64,000 nt of DNA from Centroscyllium fabricii (GCA_051313645.2 JBNRSN020000024.1:83080001-83144000), one strand, 5' to 3'. Numbered from the stretch's first letter, positions 36,385 to 47,956 are shown. Notes: a model not told the origin generated them from the sequence alone. A program made the numbers and translations.

Positions 36385-36599
36385 TTAGCTCACTTAAGTG
36401 GCTATTCACAAGCAGCGAGTGAGTGAGTCCAAGCTTCTTGACCACACAGTGGTGTCAGAACGCACCCGGATTTTACCCTCATCCGAGGTCTGTACACGTG
36501 CGCCTTACAACACACGCCATTGGAGAAGGAACCCTTGGGGAGACGGAGGCCCGTCACAGCATCCCAACTGCCATGTCTGCTGCAAGAATGCTACCACTG

Positions 36600-37310
36600 A
36601 GCCAAGTGTCAGATTGGCTCACTGGTGGCACTCCCACCTCAGAGTTCGAAGGCGGTGGGATCATGCACCACTGCAGGATTTGGAACACAAGCTAGACTGA
36701 CACTGCGGTGCAGTTCCGAGGGAGTGCCGCACTGTCAGAGGTGCCGCCTTTCGGATGAGATTTTAAATGGAGGGCCCGTCTCCTTGTTCGGATGGATGTG
36801 AAAGATCCCATGACACTGTGCTGCGATTAGGAGGGGAGTTTTCCCGATGTCCTGGGCAATATTTGTCCAAATAGCCACCACCAAAACAGATTAACTGGTT
36901 GCTGATCTCACTGATGCTTGTGGGACTTTGTGTGTGAACTGACTACCGTGTTGGCCCATAAAACAGCAACTACACTTCAAAAACAATTCATTAGCTGTGA
37001 AGTGCTTTGGGATGTCCTGAGGATGTGAAAGGTGCGATCTGTGGTTTATCGCTCAGCTTTACACTAGTTGGTGAATTTTCCAACCAAGAAAACAAAGACT
37101 TGCATTATTGATACAGCGCCTTTCACGACCACCGGATGTCTCAAAGCGCTTTACAGCCAATGAAGTGCTTTTTGGAGTGTAGTCACTGTTGTGATGTAGG
37201 AAACGCGGATGCCAATTTGCGCACAGCAAGCTCCCACAAACAGCAGTGTGATAATGACCAGATAATCTATCTTTTTTGTTATGCTGATTGAGGGATAAAT
37301 ATTGGCCATC
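36600..37310. mobile_element. Two Deu-domain SINEs, tail-to-tail (+ ~36600-37040; - ~37095-37310)
   Basis: Similarity to 29950-30400. Confidence 0.7.
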
Positions 37311-37859
37311 GAGGGAGCGGTTTTTATATTGTAAAAATAAGCCTAATTAGCTGCGATTCCCAGTAAGATCTCAGTTTCAAAATATTACAGGGAAAAGGAA
37401 GTTAAACTCTCAATAATATCGGTTCCAGTTAGGCTATTGCAAAATGAATGTTTTAATGTGGTAAGCATGGTTGGGCTCCATTGGCTCAGCACACAGCAGG
37501 AGATGTCCATGACTAACTTGCTCGAAGCCACTCTGTAACGAGACTGCACATCCTTGCTTTCTGGGTCCATAATGTAATTGTGTTTGTGGACTACAGTACA
37601 CTGTTCAGTTAAAAGTATAAAATACAGAAGAGGGAAGGGAAGAAAACCGGGAAATTGAAAGACAAAATATACGGAAATAGCATTGAACAAGCACAACGGG
37701 GTTTCGGCACGTAATCCCAGGTGATGTTCCAGCGCAGTACAGAGGGAGTGCTGCACTGTTGGATGTGCCATCCTTTGTACGAGACATTAAACCGAGGGCC
37801 CCACCTTCCCCCCCCCCCACCCCCTCTGCTCTGGTGGTGCAGGTAGACAGTATAGATCC

Positions 37860-38582
37860 TCACGTGTGGCTCACCACTGCGTTCTCCCGGTCTTCTGACT
37901 ATTCCGTCCTCAACTCCTTGTTTTCAAATCCCTCAATGGCCTCGTCCCTCCCCATTTAGGGCGGCACGGTGGCATAGTGGTTAGCACTGTTGCCTCACAG
38001 CGCCAGGGGCCCGGGTTCAAATCCGGCCTCGGGTACTATCTGTGTGGAGTTTGCACATTCTCCCCGTGTCTGTGTGGGTTTCCTCCGGGTGCTCCGGTTT
38101 CCTCCCACTGTCCAAAGATGTTAGGTTGATTGGCCAGGAAAAATTGACCCTCAGTGTTAGGGGAAATGAATATGTGAGGTTACGGGGATAGGGTGCGATA
38201 TGTGTCTGCAGGCTCGATGGGCCGAGATGGCCTCTATCTGCACTGTAGGGATTCTATCTCTGTAATCTCCTCCAGCCCCACAACCCCCTCCACCCAGATA
38301 TCTGCGCCCCTCTAATTCTGGCCTCTTGAGCATCCCCGATTATAATCGGTCCACCATTGGCGGTCGTGCCTTCTGTTGCCTGGGCCCGAACTTCTGGAAT
38401 TCCCTCCCTAAACCTCTCCACCTCTCCTCCTTTAAGATGCTCCTTGAAGCCGACCTCTTTGACCAAGCCTGCTCTAATTTCTCATCAGGCCCGGTGTCAA
38501 ATTTTGTTTGGTAAACGCTCCTGTGAAGCGCCTTGGGAAGTTTTACTACGTTAAAGGTGCTATATAAATGCAAGTTGTTGCT
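37860..38582 (+). mobile_element. L2-type LINE 3' fragment interrupted by a V-SINE
   Basis: IGGRAFCCLGPNFWNSLP...FKMLLEADLF; tail gtgaagcgccttggga...aaaggtgctatataaatgcaag. Confidence 0.75.
37959..38256 (+). mobile_element. HE1-like V-SINE, short tail
   Basis: A box tggcatagtgg, B box ggttcaaatcc, V-domain, tail gcactgtagggattctat. Confidence 0.85.
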
Positions 38583-38771
38583 GTGGTAGTAACCAATACC
38601 GCCAAAAATAGATTAAAGCAGTCAATTATCTCACTGCTGTTCGGGGATGTTTCTGGCACGAGTGGTTGCTGCATAACACAGCCATTGCACTTGTAAAGTA
38701 ATTCCTCTCGTGAGACACTGAGAACTTTGACGAGGCCCTGTACAAGGGCAAGTATTTATTGCTTAAATATA

Positions 38772-39071
38772 CAGCACGGAGGCATAGTGGTTAGCACTGT
38801 TGCCTCAGCGCCAGGGGCCCGAGTTCAAATCCGGCCTCGGGTGACTATCTGGAGTTTGCACATCCTCCCCGTGTCTGCGTGGGTTTCCTCCGGGTGCTCC
38901 GGTTTCCTCCCGCAGTCAAAAGATGTGCGGGTTAGGTTGATTGGCCATGATAAATTGACCCTTAGTGTTAGGGCGATTAAATATGTGGGGTTACGGGGAT
39001 AGGGTGGGATATGTGTCGGTGCAGACTCGATGGGCCGAAATGGCCTCAATCTGCACTGTCGGGATTCTATG
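38772..39071 (+). mobile_element. HE1-like V-SINE, short tail
   Basis: As 37959; ends about 11 nt from the INTS2 donor at 39083. Confidence 0.85.
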
Positions 39072-39082
39072 AAAGTACTGAC

Positions 39083-39319
39083 CTGAAAGTGAACGAGCTT
39101 GGCAATGTTTGGGTCCGCAATAAACATCTGATGCAGGAGACAGCAGATGAGACACTGCACCTCCCGGACATTGCTCAGTAAAGTCTCCGGATTGTTCTCC
39201 AAGGATTCAGACAGACTGTCCATTTGGTCCTGCTGCTTCAGGGTCCTTCCTGCACCGCGAGACCTCTCATCGTCGGTAGGTAAGCAGATCTCCAACAGAA
39301 TCTGAACGGCCGCACTGTC
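39083..39319 (-). CDS. INTS2: INTS2 coding exon
   Basis: tgcag|GAC ... CAG|gtcagt; DSAAVQILLEICLP...LLSNVREVQCLICCLLHQMFIADPNIAKLVHFQ. Confidence 0.95.
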
Positions 39320-40139
39320 CTGCAAGGAGCGTCCATTAATGTTAGGGTGTAAGAATCGTCTTTTTCTTCTTACAGTAGCCAAAGCAAAGAATTGTCGTCG
39401 TTATGTAAAGGCCACACACAAATACATATTTTCTTTCAATTCACCTGGTTGCTATTACTGGTATTTTTTATATAGAGCACTATAATAATATTCCTTCAGC
39501 TTTTTTTTAATTTTTTTTAATAAATTGTTATGATCTCCCTGAAAGGGCAGTGGAAGCAGATTCAATAGTAACTTTCCAAAGGGAATTTGGGATCAAGTTG
39601 GCTTCTGACTCACTAACGGGACCTAGAGCGATCGACCACTCACTGGCATTCTTCCCACCCGGCTCCAGATAATCCTGAAAGCCAATATCCTGGACTGCAG
39701 TGCTCGCTGCTGGCAAACCCTGAACTTTTAAGCTTATTAACCCTGGGTGGTACCTCTATAATCGTGCTCGGGAGCCCCGAGACCTGGGCTCTTACCTACC
39801 TCCAGCCAAGTTCTGTAGCGAGAGCAGAGTGCATTTCACATCAGGCAAACAAACGATTTGTGGCTTTTTCAGCAGTCGGGTTTGGAGACTCAAACGCGGG
39901 TTTCTGTGTGGGTCAGACACATGGCTAACTCAAAAAAAAACGTTCTTCCCTCCACACCACCCTTTATTTTTGTTTAAAATTTTCCCCCTGCTCGGATTCC
40001 CATTCTCCCGGGCTTCAGTCTATCCCAGGACGAACAGTGCTCCGCACCCGAAGATGCAGAATAAGACCACTCACTTCAGAACACATACCAGACTATGTCG
40101 GAGACGCTGCGGCACAGGTCACCCGACTGCTATTTTTAC

Positions 40140-40341
40140 CTGGGCTGACAACAAGGCATTTTTCAGCTCCTCTCTCGTGACCTCCGGGGCTTCAGGCTGT
40201 CCCACAGCCCCCATGGTGTTGTTCTGATACGGTTTGCTGTCCTGATCCACGTTCTCCTTCAGATGAGCGCTCAGGTAGGCCTTTGAAGCCAGAAGGTAGC
40301 CATTGAGCATGTGCAGGGTGATGTCCATTAGCGGGGGGCAC
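40140..40341 (-). CDS. INTS2: INTS2 coding exon
   Basis: ctcag|G TGC ... CAG|gtaaaa; CPPLMDITLHMLNGYLLASKAYLSAHLKE...PEVTREELKNALLSAQ. Confidence 0.95.
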
Positions 40342-40544
40342 CTGAGGTTAGGACACAAATAAGAAAAAACACCGGAACAATTGGACTGCCCATAAAATAG
40401 CGGACATGGAACATTACATATCCAGCCAAGCAATAAGCGTTTTTTTTTCATGTTTCAATTAAACTTGGGTAACCTGAATCTGAAATTGGAATTTTACTCA
40501 TTTAAGGGTCAACTCAAAGGCAAAGACCAGAACCAATCCAATCC

Positions 40545-40925
40545 AAACGTATAAAATTCTGAAAGGTCTGGACAGGTTAGATTCAGAGAGAATGTTTCCA
40601 ATGGCGGGGGAGTCCAGAACCAGGGGCCACAGTCTAAGGATAAGGGGTAAACCATTTAGGACAGACATGAGGAAGAATTTCTTCACCCAGAGAGTGGTGG
40701 GCCTGTGGAATTCCCTGCCACAGAGGGCGGTGGAGGCCAGTTCATTAAACATATTCAAGAGGGAATTGGATATATTTCTTCAAGCTAAAGGGATTAAAGG
40801 TTATGGAGAAAAGGCGGGGACGGGGTACTAGCTTGCTAAAGATCAGCCATGATCTCATTGAATGGCGGAGCAGGCTCGAAGGGCTGAATGGCCTACTCCT
40901 GCTCCTATCTTCTATGATTCTATGA
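40545..40925 (+). mobile_element. CR1-type LINE 3' fragment
   Basis: ESRTRGHSLRIRGKPFRTDMRKNFFTQRVVGLWNSLP plus tail. Confidence 0.88.
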
Positions 40926-41059
40926 TCACACCCCACAGAACATCGCAGCTACTATGGGAGATGAACCAAGACTCTATAAAGAATGCTTTGTTTTACTTGG
41001 TTACTTCGTACAATGCACAGAAAACTTGCTAAGAGCCCAAGATCCAGAGCTCTGCATAA

Positions 41060-42410
41060 ACATAAGGTTCAGTTCTGGGCACCACACCTTCGGATGGATA
41101 TATTGGCCTTGGAGGGAGTGCAGCGTAGACATACCAGAATGATACCTCGACTCCAAGGGTTAAATGACGAGGAGCGATTACACAAACTAGGATTGTATTC
41201 CCTGGAATTTAGAAGGTTAAGGAGTGATTTGATCCAGGTTGTCAAGATATTAAGGGGAACAGATAGGGTAGATAGAGAGAAAATATTTCTGCTGGTTGGG
41301 GAGACTAGGACTAGAAGACATAGTCTAAAAATTAGAGCCAGACCTTTCAGGAGTGAAATCAGGAAACACTTCTAAACACAAAGGGGTCAATTTTCCTCAA
41401 GGTGTGGGGAATTGGTGGGTTCCCCGCTGATCACGTTTTCTTCCCGCTTTGTAAAGGGTGCGGGAGCCCCACGCAAGTTTGGCTCAATTGGCCAATTAAT
41501 TCACCGCGTGTGGGAACCCCCTGCCAATTGACTGATTTAACATAGAAAGCTGGTGGGGTCGCTGCTGTGTATCCACAAGCCAATGATTGACAGGTGTAAG
41601 TGGCTTGGTTGTTTCTGTTCATTCAGTGGATTATGACATCACAAAGCAATGTAAACATAAGCTAACCACAAGCCAGTGATTGACAAGCCTGAGTGGTCTG
41701 GTTCACAGGCAGCCTCTTGACAGCTAGGGAAGACCGGTCAATCACTAGAAAGCAGCTGGAAGGTGAGGGTTTGAAAGGTTTTCTCCCACTGTTCTTTTGC
41801 ACCCTAGGGAAACAGTTATTGCCGATGCAGGCTGGAGTCCAGGGACTGCTTCTACTGCAGCTGCTTCAATGATATTGAGGAAGTCACTATTGTCCCCGCC
41901 AGGTTTCAGCGGCGGGGTTTCCAGCTGGTGGGTTTTGTGTGGGAAAAGGTTGAAAATTGCAAGGGGCCCTTAAAATGGCATTATACATGCCAATTAAGGG
42001 TCCCTAATGAGCCTAACGACCATCCCCGCCGGTGGTGGGCGGGACTGAAGAGGGTCGATCGGACCTGCCGGGCTGAAACTCACAAGCTAGTGGGAAACCG
42101 GCGGGAGGGGTCGTGACCCCCGTTTCTGCGATTTTGCCTCCCCGGCCACCGAAAAAGCCACTTGTCGGCTCCAGGAAAATTGACCCCAAAGGATGGTAGA
42201 AATTTGGAACTCTCTTCCACAAATGGCAATTGATGCTAGATCAATTGTTAATTTTAAATCGGAGATTGATAGATGGTTAACCAAAGGTATTAAGGGATAT
42301 GGGGCTATGGCGGGTATATGGAGTTAGGTCACAGATCAGCCATGATCTCATTGAATGGAGGAACAGGCTCAAGGGGCTGAATGGCCTCCTCTTGTTCCTA
42401 TGTTCCTAAG
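41060..42410 (+). mobile_element. CR1-type LINE 3' fragment split by a MITE
   Basis: ORF 40983-41375 is a CR1 C-terminus; the sequence resumes colinearly at 42188. Confidence 0.85.
41383..42187. mobile_element. MITE with 15-bp perfect TIR and 3-bp TSD (PIF/Harbinger-like)
   Basis: aaa|GGGGTCAATTTTCCT ... AGGAAAATTGACCCC|aaa. Confidence 0.82.
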
Positions 42411-42532
42411 AGGCTGCTGAAACAGCCTCCACTCATCAATATGGCCACAATGGCAAAGCTTCTTCCATTGAATGCATTGAGCAGATAAGTCTTTCACCAG
42501 GACTGCTGAAGGTCACATCCAGGCTGCAAAAT

Positions 42533-42958
42533 AGGTTTGGTAGTGTAGTGGTTAGGTTAGTGGACTAATAATCCAGAGAACGCAACATCAAATCTCACCA
42601 TGGCAGTTTGAGAACCTGAATTTCAGTTTAATAAAATCTGGAAATAAAAAGCTGGAATCAGTAAAAGTGATCATGAAACTATCGGATTGTGGTAAAACCC
42701 AACTGGTTTACTAATGGCCTTTAGGTAAGGAAACCTGCTGTCATCACCTGGCTCAGCCTGTATGTGACTCCAGAGGCCCACGCCCAATGTCGATGATCCT
42801 TATCTGCCCTCTGAAGTGGCCTGGCAAGCCACTGGATTGCATCAAAGAGTATCACATGGACTGTAGCGGCTCAAGAAACCTACGACCACCATCAGACCAA
42901 TTAGGCGATGGCCAATAAATGCCGGCCTTGTCTGTGATGCCCACATCCCGAGGGTGAA
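42533..42958 (+). mobile_element. tRNA-headed SINE sharing head and tail with the LINE at 59729 (older copy)
   Basis: ggtagtgtagtggtta head, body aaacccaactggtttactaatg, tail caataaatgccggcc...gatgcccacatccc. Confidence 0.75.
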
Positions 42959-42974
42959 GACTGAAAATGCACTA

Positions 42975-43546
42975 CAGGTTGAAGTTCGTTAATCCGGCAC
43001 GGGCGGTACCAGGCCTGTACCGGACAAGTGAAAATCCCGAACGATTGAAGCTTCGGCGAGCGCATGCGCAGACCATTCAAAATGGCCGCCGCGAAAGGCC
43101 GGCGGCCATTTTGAGTGGTCTGCGCATGCGCTGATCGTTCGGGGAGGCTCGCAACGGCCAGGCTCGGGGAAGCTCGCAGCGGGGAGGCTCGCAGCGGCCA
43201 GGCTCGGGAAAGCTCGCAGCGGGCAGGCTCGCAGCGGCCAGGCTCGGGGAGGCTCGCAGCGGCCAGGCTCGGGAAAGCTCGCAGCGGCCAGGCTCGGGAA
43301 GGCTCGCAGCGGCCAGGCTCGGGAAAGCTCGCAGCGGCCAGGCTCGGGAAAGCTCGCAGCGGCCAGGCTCGGCCATTGTGAATGATCTGCGCATGTGCTC
43401 GCCGTTCGGCGGCGCATGCGCAGATCATTCGCCGAAGCATCGATCGCGGTGGCCATTTTGCGCATGCGCAGGGCAGTCGGGGAACTTATTGCCAGATGTT
43501 CGAAGTTGCCGGTTTTTCGGGTGATGGATTGACGAACTTCAACCTG
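42975..43546. mobile_element. Tigger-like MITE (type B) with internal ~25-bp tandem array
   Basis: TA-flanked TIRs CAGGTTGAAGTTCGTTAATCC; ggctcgcagcggccaggctcgggga repeated over 43140-43372. Confidence 0.87.
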
Positions 43547-43776
43547 TACAGTGTTTAGGAGCAGGAAAAAGCCCATTAAGTCCAGCAAGCCCATCACTTT
43601 TAGATTGTATCCCAGAATCTTCTGACTGAGAAGTGACAGTGCTACTGAGACAAGCTGATATGTTTCTCTCTCCACGGATGCTGCCTGGCCTGCTGGGTAT
43701 TTACAGCATCTTCTGTTGTTACATCCTCTTAATACATTTGCTGTGATTTTTGCTCCTCTCACTGTTGGTGACTCAC

Positions 43777-43902
43777 CTGTACACTCTTCGGTCACATCGC
43801 AATACAATCAGCGGATCAATCATCAGGTCGTTCTGAGTATACTTCTGTTGGTGGAGCAGCTTGGCTTTCGGCTGCAAGGCATTCACCGTCATCACCCACA
43901 GC
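43777..43902 (-). CDS. INTS2: INTS2 coding exon
   Basis: tgaag|G CTG ... TAC AG|gtgagt; LWVMTVNALQPKAKLLHQQKYTQNDLMIDPLIVLRCDRRVY. Confidence 0.92.
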
Positions 43903-44237
43903 CTTCACAACACACAGAGACACGACATGTTAGCAGTGCTCAGCAAGGGTTACTGAAAACAGACAAACCAGTATTCACCGAAGATGTACAGAGTGAAGCT
44001 CCCTTTAGTGAACACAGCTAGCGATAAAACTTTTTATAAAGTGAAAGCTTCTAATTGAACCAAATGATTAGGGAAGAGTGCCATATGTTCACGCTGATCA
44101 TAAACATTTAATTAGCCGTCTCACCACCAAACACTGTAATGTTCTGTTCACGCCTCGCCATCTTGCTACCTCTCCCCTCCTTCAAAAGGCTCCTTAAAAC
44201 GTGCTTCTTTGGCCTTGTTTTCGGTCACCCCTTAACC

Positions 44238-44796
44238 CAGTGGTCCCCAACCTTTGTGCGTTCACGGCCCATTTTGGGCTTGTCAATTTCTTCGAGGACC
44301 GCTGAGTTTTAGTCTCACAGGGGGGGGCTGACGGAGAGTTTTTGTCTCAGCGGGGGGGGGGGGGGGTTTGACCTATATTTTTGGTCCAAGCCGGTGGCGG
44401 GGGGCTGACGGAGATTTTTAGTCCGAGCGGAGGGGGGGGGGGGGGGGGGGGAGGGACCTGACGGAGATTTTTAGTCTCAGCGGGGGGGTGGGGTGCTGAT
44501 GGAGATTTTTAGTCCCAGCAAGGGGGGGGGGGGGGGGGGGGGTTGTGACGGAGAATTTTAGGCTCCGCGGGCAGGGTGGGGTGCTGGCGGGGTAATTAGA
44601 CTGACCGCCGGAGGTGCTGCCTTACGTCTGTGCCTTGACCTCCATCGGCGGTAGTTACTGAGAATCCGCGCATGCGCCGATTCACAGACCATGCGGCGGC
44701 CAGTCGATCATTTGCCAGCGGGCCGCGGCAGGGTCGTTGACTGGCGCATGCGCGGATTATCATAACCTTCCGCGGACCGGCGGTTGGGGAACGCTG
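44238..44796. mobile_element. hAT-Charlie-like MITE with G-run tandem array
   Basis: Perfect 8-bp TSD ccttaacc (44230-44237 and 44797-44804); TIR CAGTGGTCCCCAACC / GGTTGGGGAACGCTG. Confidence 0.9.
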
Positions 44797-45724
44797 CCTT
44801 AACCCACTGTTTAGTGTCTGGTTACTTTTTTTCCATCTCTTAAGTGCGTTGGGACATTATATTACATTAAAGATGTCAGCTTTGTTAATTTAAGATGGTG
44901 ATATTGAACTTTTGGAACGAAGATGTGCAGATTTGAAGAATAATGCTGCCCCAGTTCACTGCCCAGTGTGAAACAGCCCCATGGAGCAGGGAGACACCAG
45001 GTTCGATCCCCAGTCTTTGCTGAGTTAGCTGATCTCACCTGGGGCCCTGCAGCTGGTCTCAGCAGCCTGGGCCAGAGACAGGAAAGAGAGGAATCAGGGT
45101 CCCTGCTCCTAATCACTACTGTGTGAGGACTGCTGGAAACAGTGCACGTGTGAACGTCAAGGTTAAGCGCCACGGTGACGCTATCCACCATTACCTAACC
45201 TGCACGGTCAAGGTTCACACGCTGAAGATTTGTCATTTAGATGAGGCATTAAAGGGAACTGTACCCCAGTGTGAGTCAGCACCTTCAGGAGAATCGTACT
45301 AACGAGTTGTATGATATCTTTACACAAAGATCTGATTAAAAACAATAGATGTAACTCATTGAGCTACATCAGTGGATTCTCAGTTAGGAACCCCGTGTTC
45401 AAATCAGTCTTTGCTGATGTTTACATTGGAAAACCAATGTGGACGGAGGGAATTTTTTTTAAAGCTCACCCGAGTCATTCAGAACAATGCAGCAAAGCAG
45501 ACTCATACTGACATTACTGGCACCGCGCACTCCCGACTGCTCAACGGAGGAACAGTCCCCGGAGTGTTCTCTCCTGACTGGAGAGACGGTGGATAGAGGG
45601 GTGCACTTTCTGATGCAGATCAGCGAGGGATTATAAAAGAAAACATACTCCTACTGTCCTCCCCCCCTCCTTCCCGCAGGATCTCTCTGCCTGGGTTTTG
45701 TAGGATTATGTTTGTGTGTGTGTG

Positions 45725-46020
45725 TACTAGGCCGTTGTAACAGAGCCTGGTCTCCAATGGTCTTGGATCCCCTTGCCATTGGACCAAGACCTTGCTCTGT
45801 CAAGCCCGTGTGGTAGCTGTTGTGCAACGGCCACCCCGCGTTAAAAGAATTCACGCACAGGCATCTTCCACCCTTTAAAATTAAGTTCGGGACCTGGAAT
45901 GTCAGGTCCCTCATGGACAAAGAGACTGTAGGTCCCGTATTGGACTCCTCAGTCACCTGAGAACTCATTTTTAATGTGGAAGCAAGTCATCCTCGGTTCC
46001 GAGGGACTGTCTAAGAGAGA
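45725..46020 (+). mobile_element. Short RTE-like remnant (5' UTR and endonuclease start joined to a tail)
   Basis: aaaattaagttcgggacctggaatgtcaggtccctc translates KIKFGTWNVRSL (APE motif I); tail-like cgagggactgtctaagagaga about 100 nt later. Confidence 0.5.
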
Positions 46021-46182
46021 TAAAGGAAAACAAAGTTAATAAAATGGTATCAGTAAATTGATACATCACATTAGAAAGATGACACGAGGCCCCAGAAAAG
46101 GCTTTTACAGACCAATTCCTCTTAAGGTTGTTCAATGTTTTGATGTTTAAAGGACCAGATAAATGGACTGGGGGACCATTAG

Positions 46183-46281
46183 CAATGTTCCCGCGTGCAC
46201 AGTTTTTGCATTGAAAAGCCGGCTCACCAGCTGCGCGGGACCTCCAGAGCACTGCGGCCGCGCAGCTTAAAGGGAACATTG
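46183..46281. mobile_element. Short hAT-like MITE (CAATGTTCCC TIR family)
   Basis: CAATGTTCCC ... GGGAACATTG; 8-bp TSD accattag/accattgg. Confidence 0.8.
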
Positions 46282-46318
46282 ACCATTGGGGTAATATCTG
46301 AATCAAAGGCGCTGCTAC

Positions 46319-46520
46319 CTCCTTGGCATAACGGTGTTGAGAAGCATCCAGAGCTGGTTGACCGTCTGTAGGATTCGTCGGGGAACGCTTGCCTCCAGTA
46401 ACCGGTACAAATCCAACATCAAAGCTTCGGCAAATGGGATCAGCTCGCTGGCCGAAAGGAGCGTCAGGTCCTCCAGAGTCTGCGTCAGTTGAGTGTAATT
46501 GGTAGAAGCCATCTCGAAAG
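46319..46520 (-). CDS. INTS2: INTS2 coding exon
   Basis: tccag|CT TTC ... AGG AG|gtagca; FEMASTNYTQLTQTLEDLTLLSASELIPFAEAL...VPRRILQTVNQLWMLLNTVMPR. Confidence 0.92.
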
Positions 46521-46662
46521 CTGGAGAGGACAGGACCAATGGGAATTGTGTAGCAGAAAAGCGAATGATACAATGAAAGGGAACGTTAGAACCCAGGTTA
46601 TGTTCACAAATGCCTGGCAAATACAAAATAAGTGGAAACTATAATGTCCCTTTGCGGTGGTG

Positions 46663-47051
46663 ACATAGAAACATAGAAGATAGGAGCAGGAGTAGGCCAT
46701 TCGGCCCTTCGAGCCTGCTCCGCCATTCAATGAGATCATGGCTGATCATCCAAACCCAGTACTCCGTCCCTGCCTTGTCCCCATATCCCTCGATCCCTAT
46801 CGAGCCTGCACCGACACATATCCCACCCTATCCCCGTTATTCAATCCCCCTAACACTATGGGTCAATTTATTATGGCCAATCAACCTAACCCGCACATCT
46901 TTGGACTGTGGGAGGAAACCGGAGCACCCGGAGGAAACCCACGCAGACACGGGGAGAATGTGCAAACTCCACACAGATAGTACCCGAGGCTGGATTTGAA
47001 CCCGGGTCTCTAGTGCTGTGAGGCAACAGTGCTAACCACTATGCCACCGTC
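46663..47051 (-). mobile_element. HE1-like V-SINE, full length, long CR1 tail
   Basis: Head, V-domain and (tttctatg) tail. Confidence 0.88.
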
Positions 47052-47451
47052 CGTCTATTATCAGGTAGGCCAGAAGCAACACAAGCTGAACCCGCATTTC
47101 CCTGACCGAATTCTCCAGGCTGCACTGTCTGCTGCGCATAAGTAATATTTCCATCCCTTTCACAGAAGCCTCTCAGGGTCAAGATTGCTGACAATTTGTG
47201 CTCATTTTTGGACACCAAGGGAATTTTTTGGACACTTAAAGGAATCGAGGGATATGAGAATCAGGTGGGAAGGTGGAGTTGAGGCAGAAGATCAGCCATG
47301 ATCGTATTGAATGGTGGAGCAGGCTCGAGGGGCCGTATGGCCGACTCCTGCTCCTATTTCTTCTGACCGATTTCTGACCAGCTGGATACAATATACATGC
47401 ATGATGCCAAAATACTCTCTTCCCGTGAAATGTTCAGACATTTTTCTACTA

Positions 47452-47806
47452 CAGGTTGACCTTCGTTAATCCGGCACGGTCGGGGCCAGCACCGTGCCGA
47501 ATTTTTGAAAACGCCGAATGATTGAAGCTTCGGCGGCGCATGCGCAGACCATTCAAAATGGCTGCCGTGAAATTTTTAATGGTCTGCGCATGCGCTCGCC
47601 GAAGCATCGATCGTTCGGGGAGGCCCGGGCATGCGCAGCCAAGCGCGGCGGCCATGTTGCGCATGCGCAGGACAGTCGGGGAGGCCCGGACATGCACAGC
47701 CACGTGCGGCGGCCGTTTTGCGCATGCGCAGGGCAGTTGGGGAAATCTTTGCCGGACGTCTGAAGCTGCCGGTTTTTCGTGTGCCGGATTAACGGTGCCC
47801 AACCTG
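47452..47806. mobile_element. Tigger-like MITE with mixed (B-left, A-right) TIRs
   Basis: TA|CAGGTTGACCTTCGTTAATCCGGCAC ... GTGCCGGATTAACGGTGCCCAACCTG|TA. Confidence 0.85.
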
Positions 47807-47956
47807 TACGAGTGATGTTTGAACGATTTATAGGTGTCATCTGAACTCCTCAGACACCCGTGCAATCATCTCCTTTTCTTAAAATGCACGCCAGCCGCTT
47901 TCCGAGGCCTCCCCGGTTTGTGTGCCTAATCCCCGAGTCAGTTTTCACGCTGTTAC

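Noticed and set aside
37959-38035. tRNA genes (also 50072, 53622, 59729 and 61136)
   Set aside because: A/B boxes are present, but they run directly into SINE/LINE bodies with no clean cloverleaf or terminator.
42901-43807. Long ORFs of 272 aa and 179 aa
   Set aside because: They are stop-free only because of a GC-rich tandem repeat inside a MITE; periodic low-complexity translation with no protein motif.
43903-46318. U12-type (minor) intron
   Set aside because: The donor lacks RTATCCTT and no TCCTTAAC-like branch site is evident near the acceptor.
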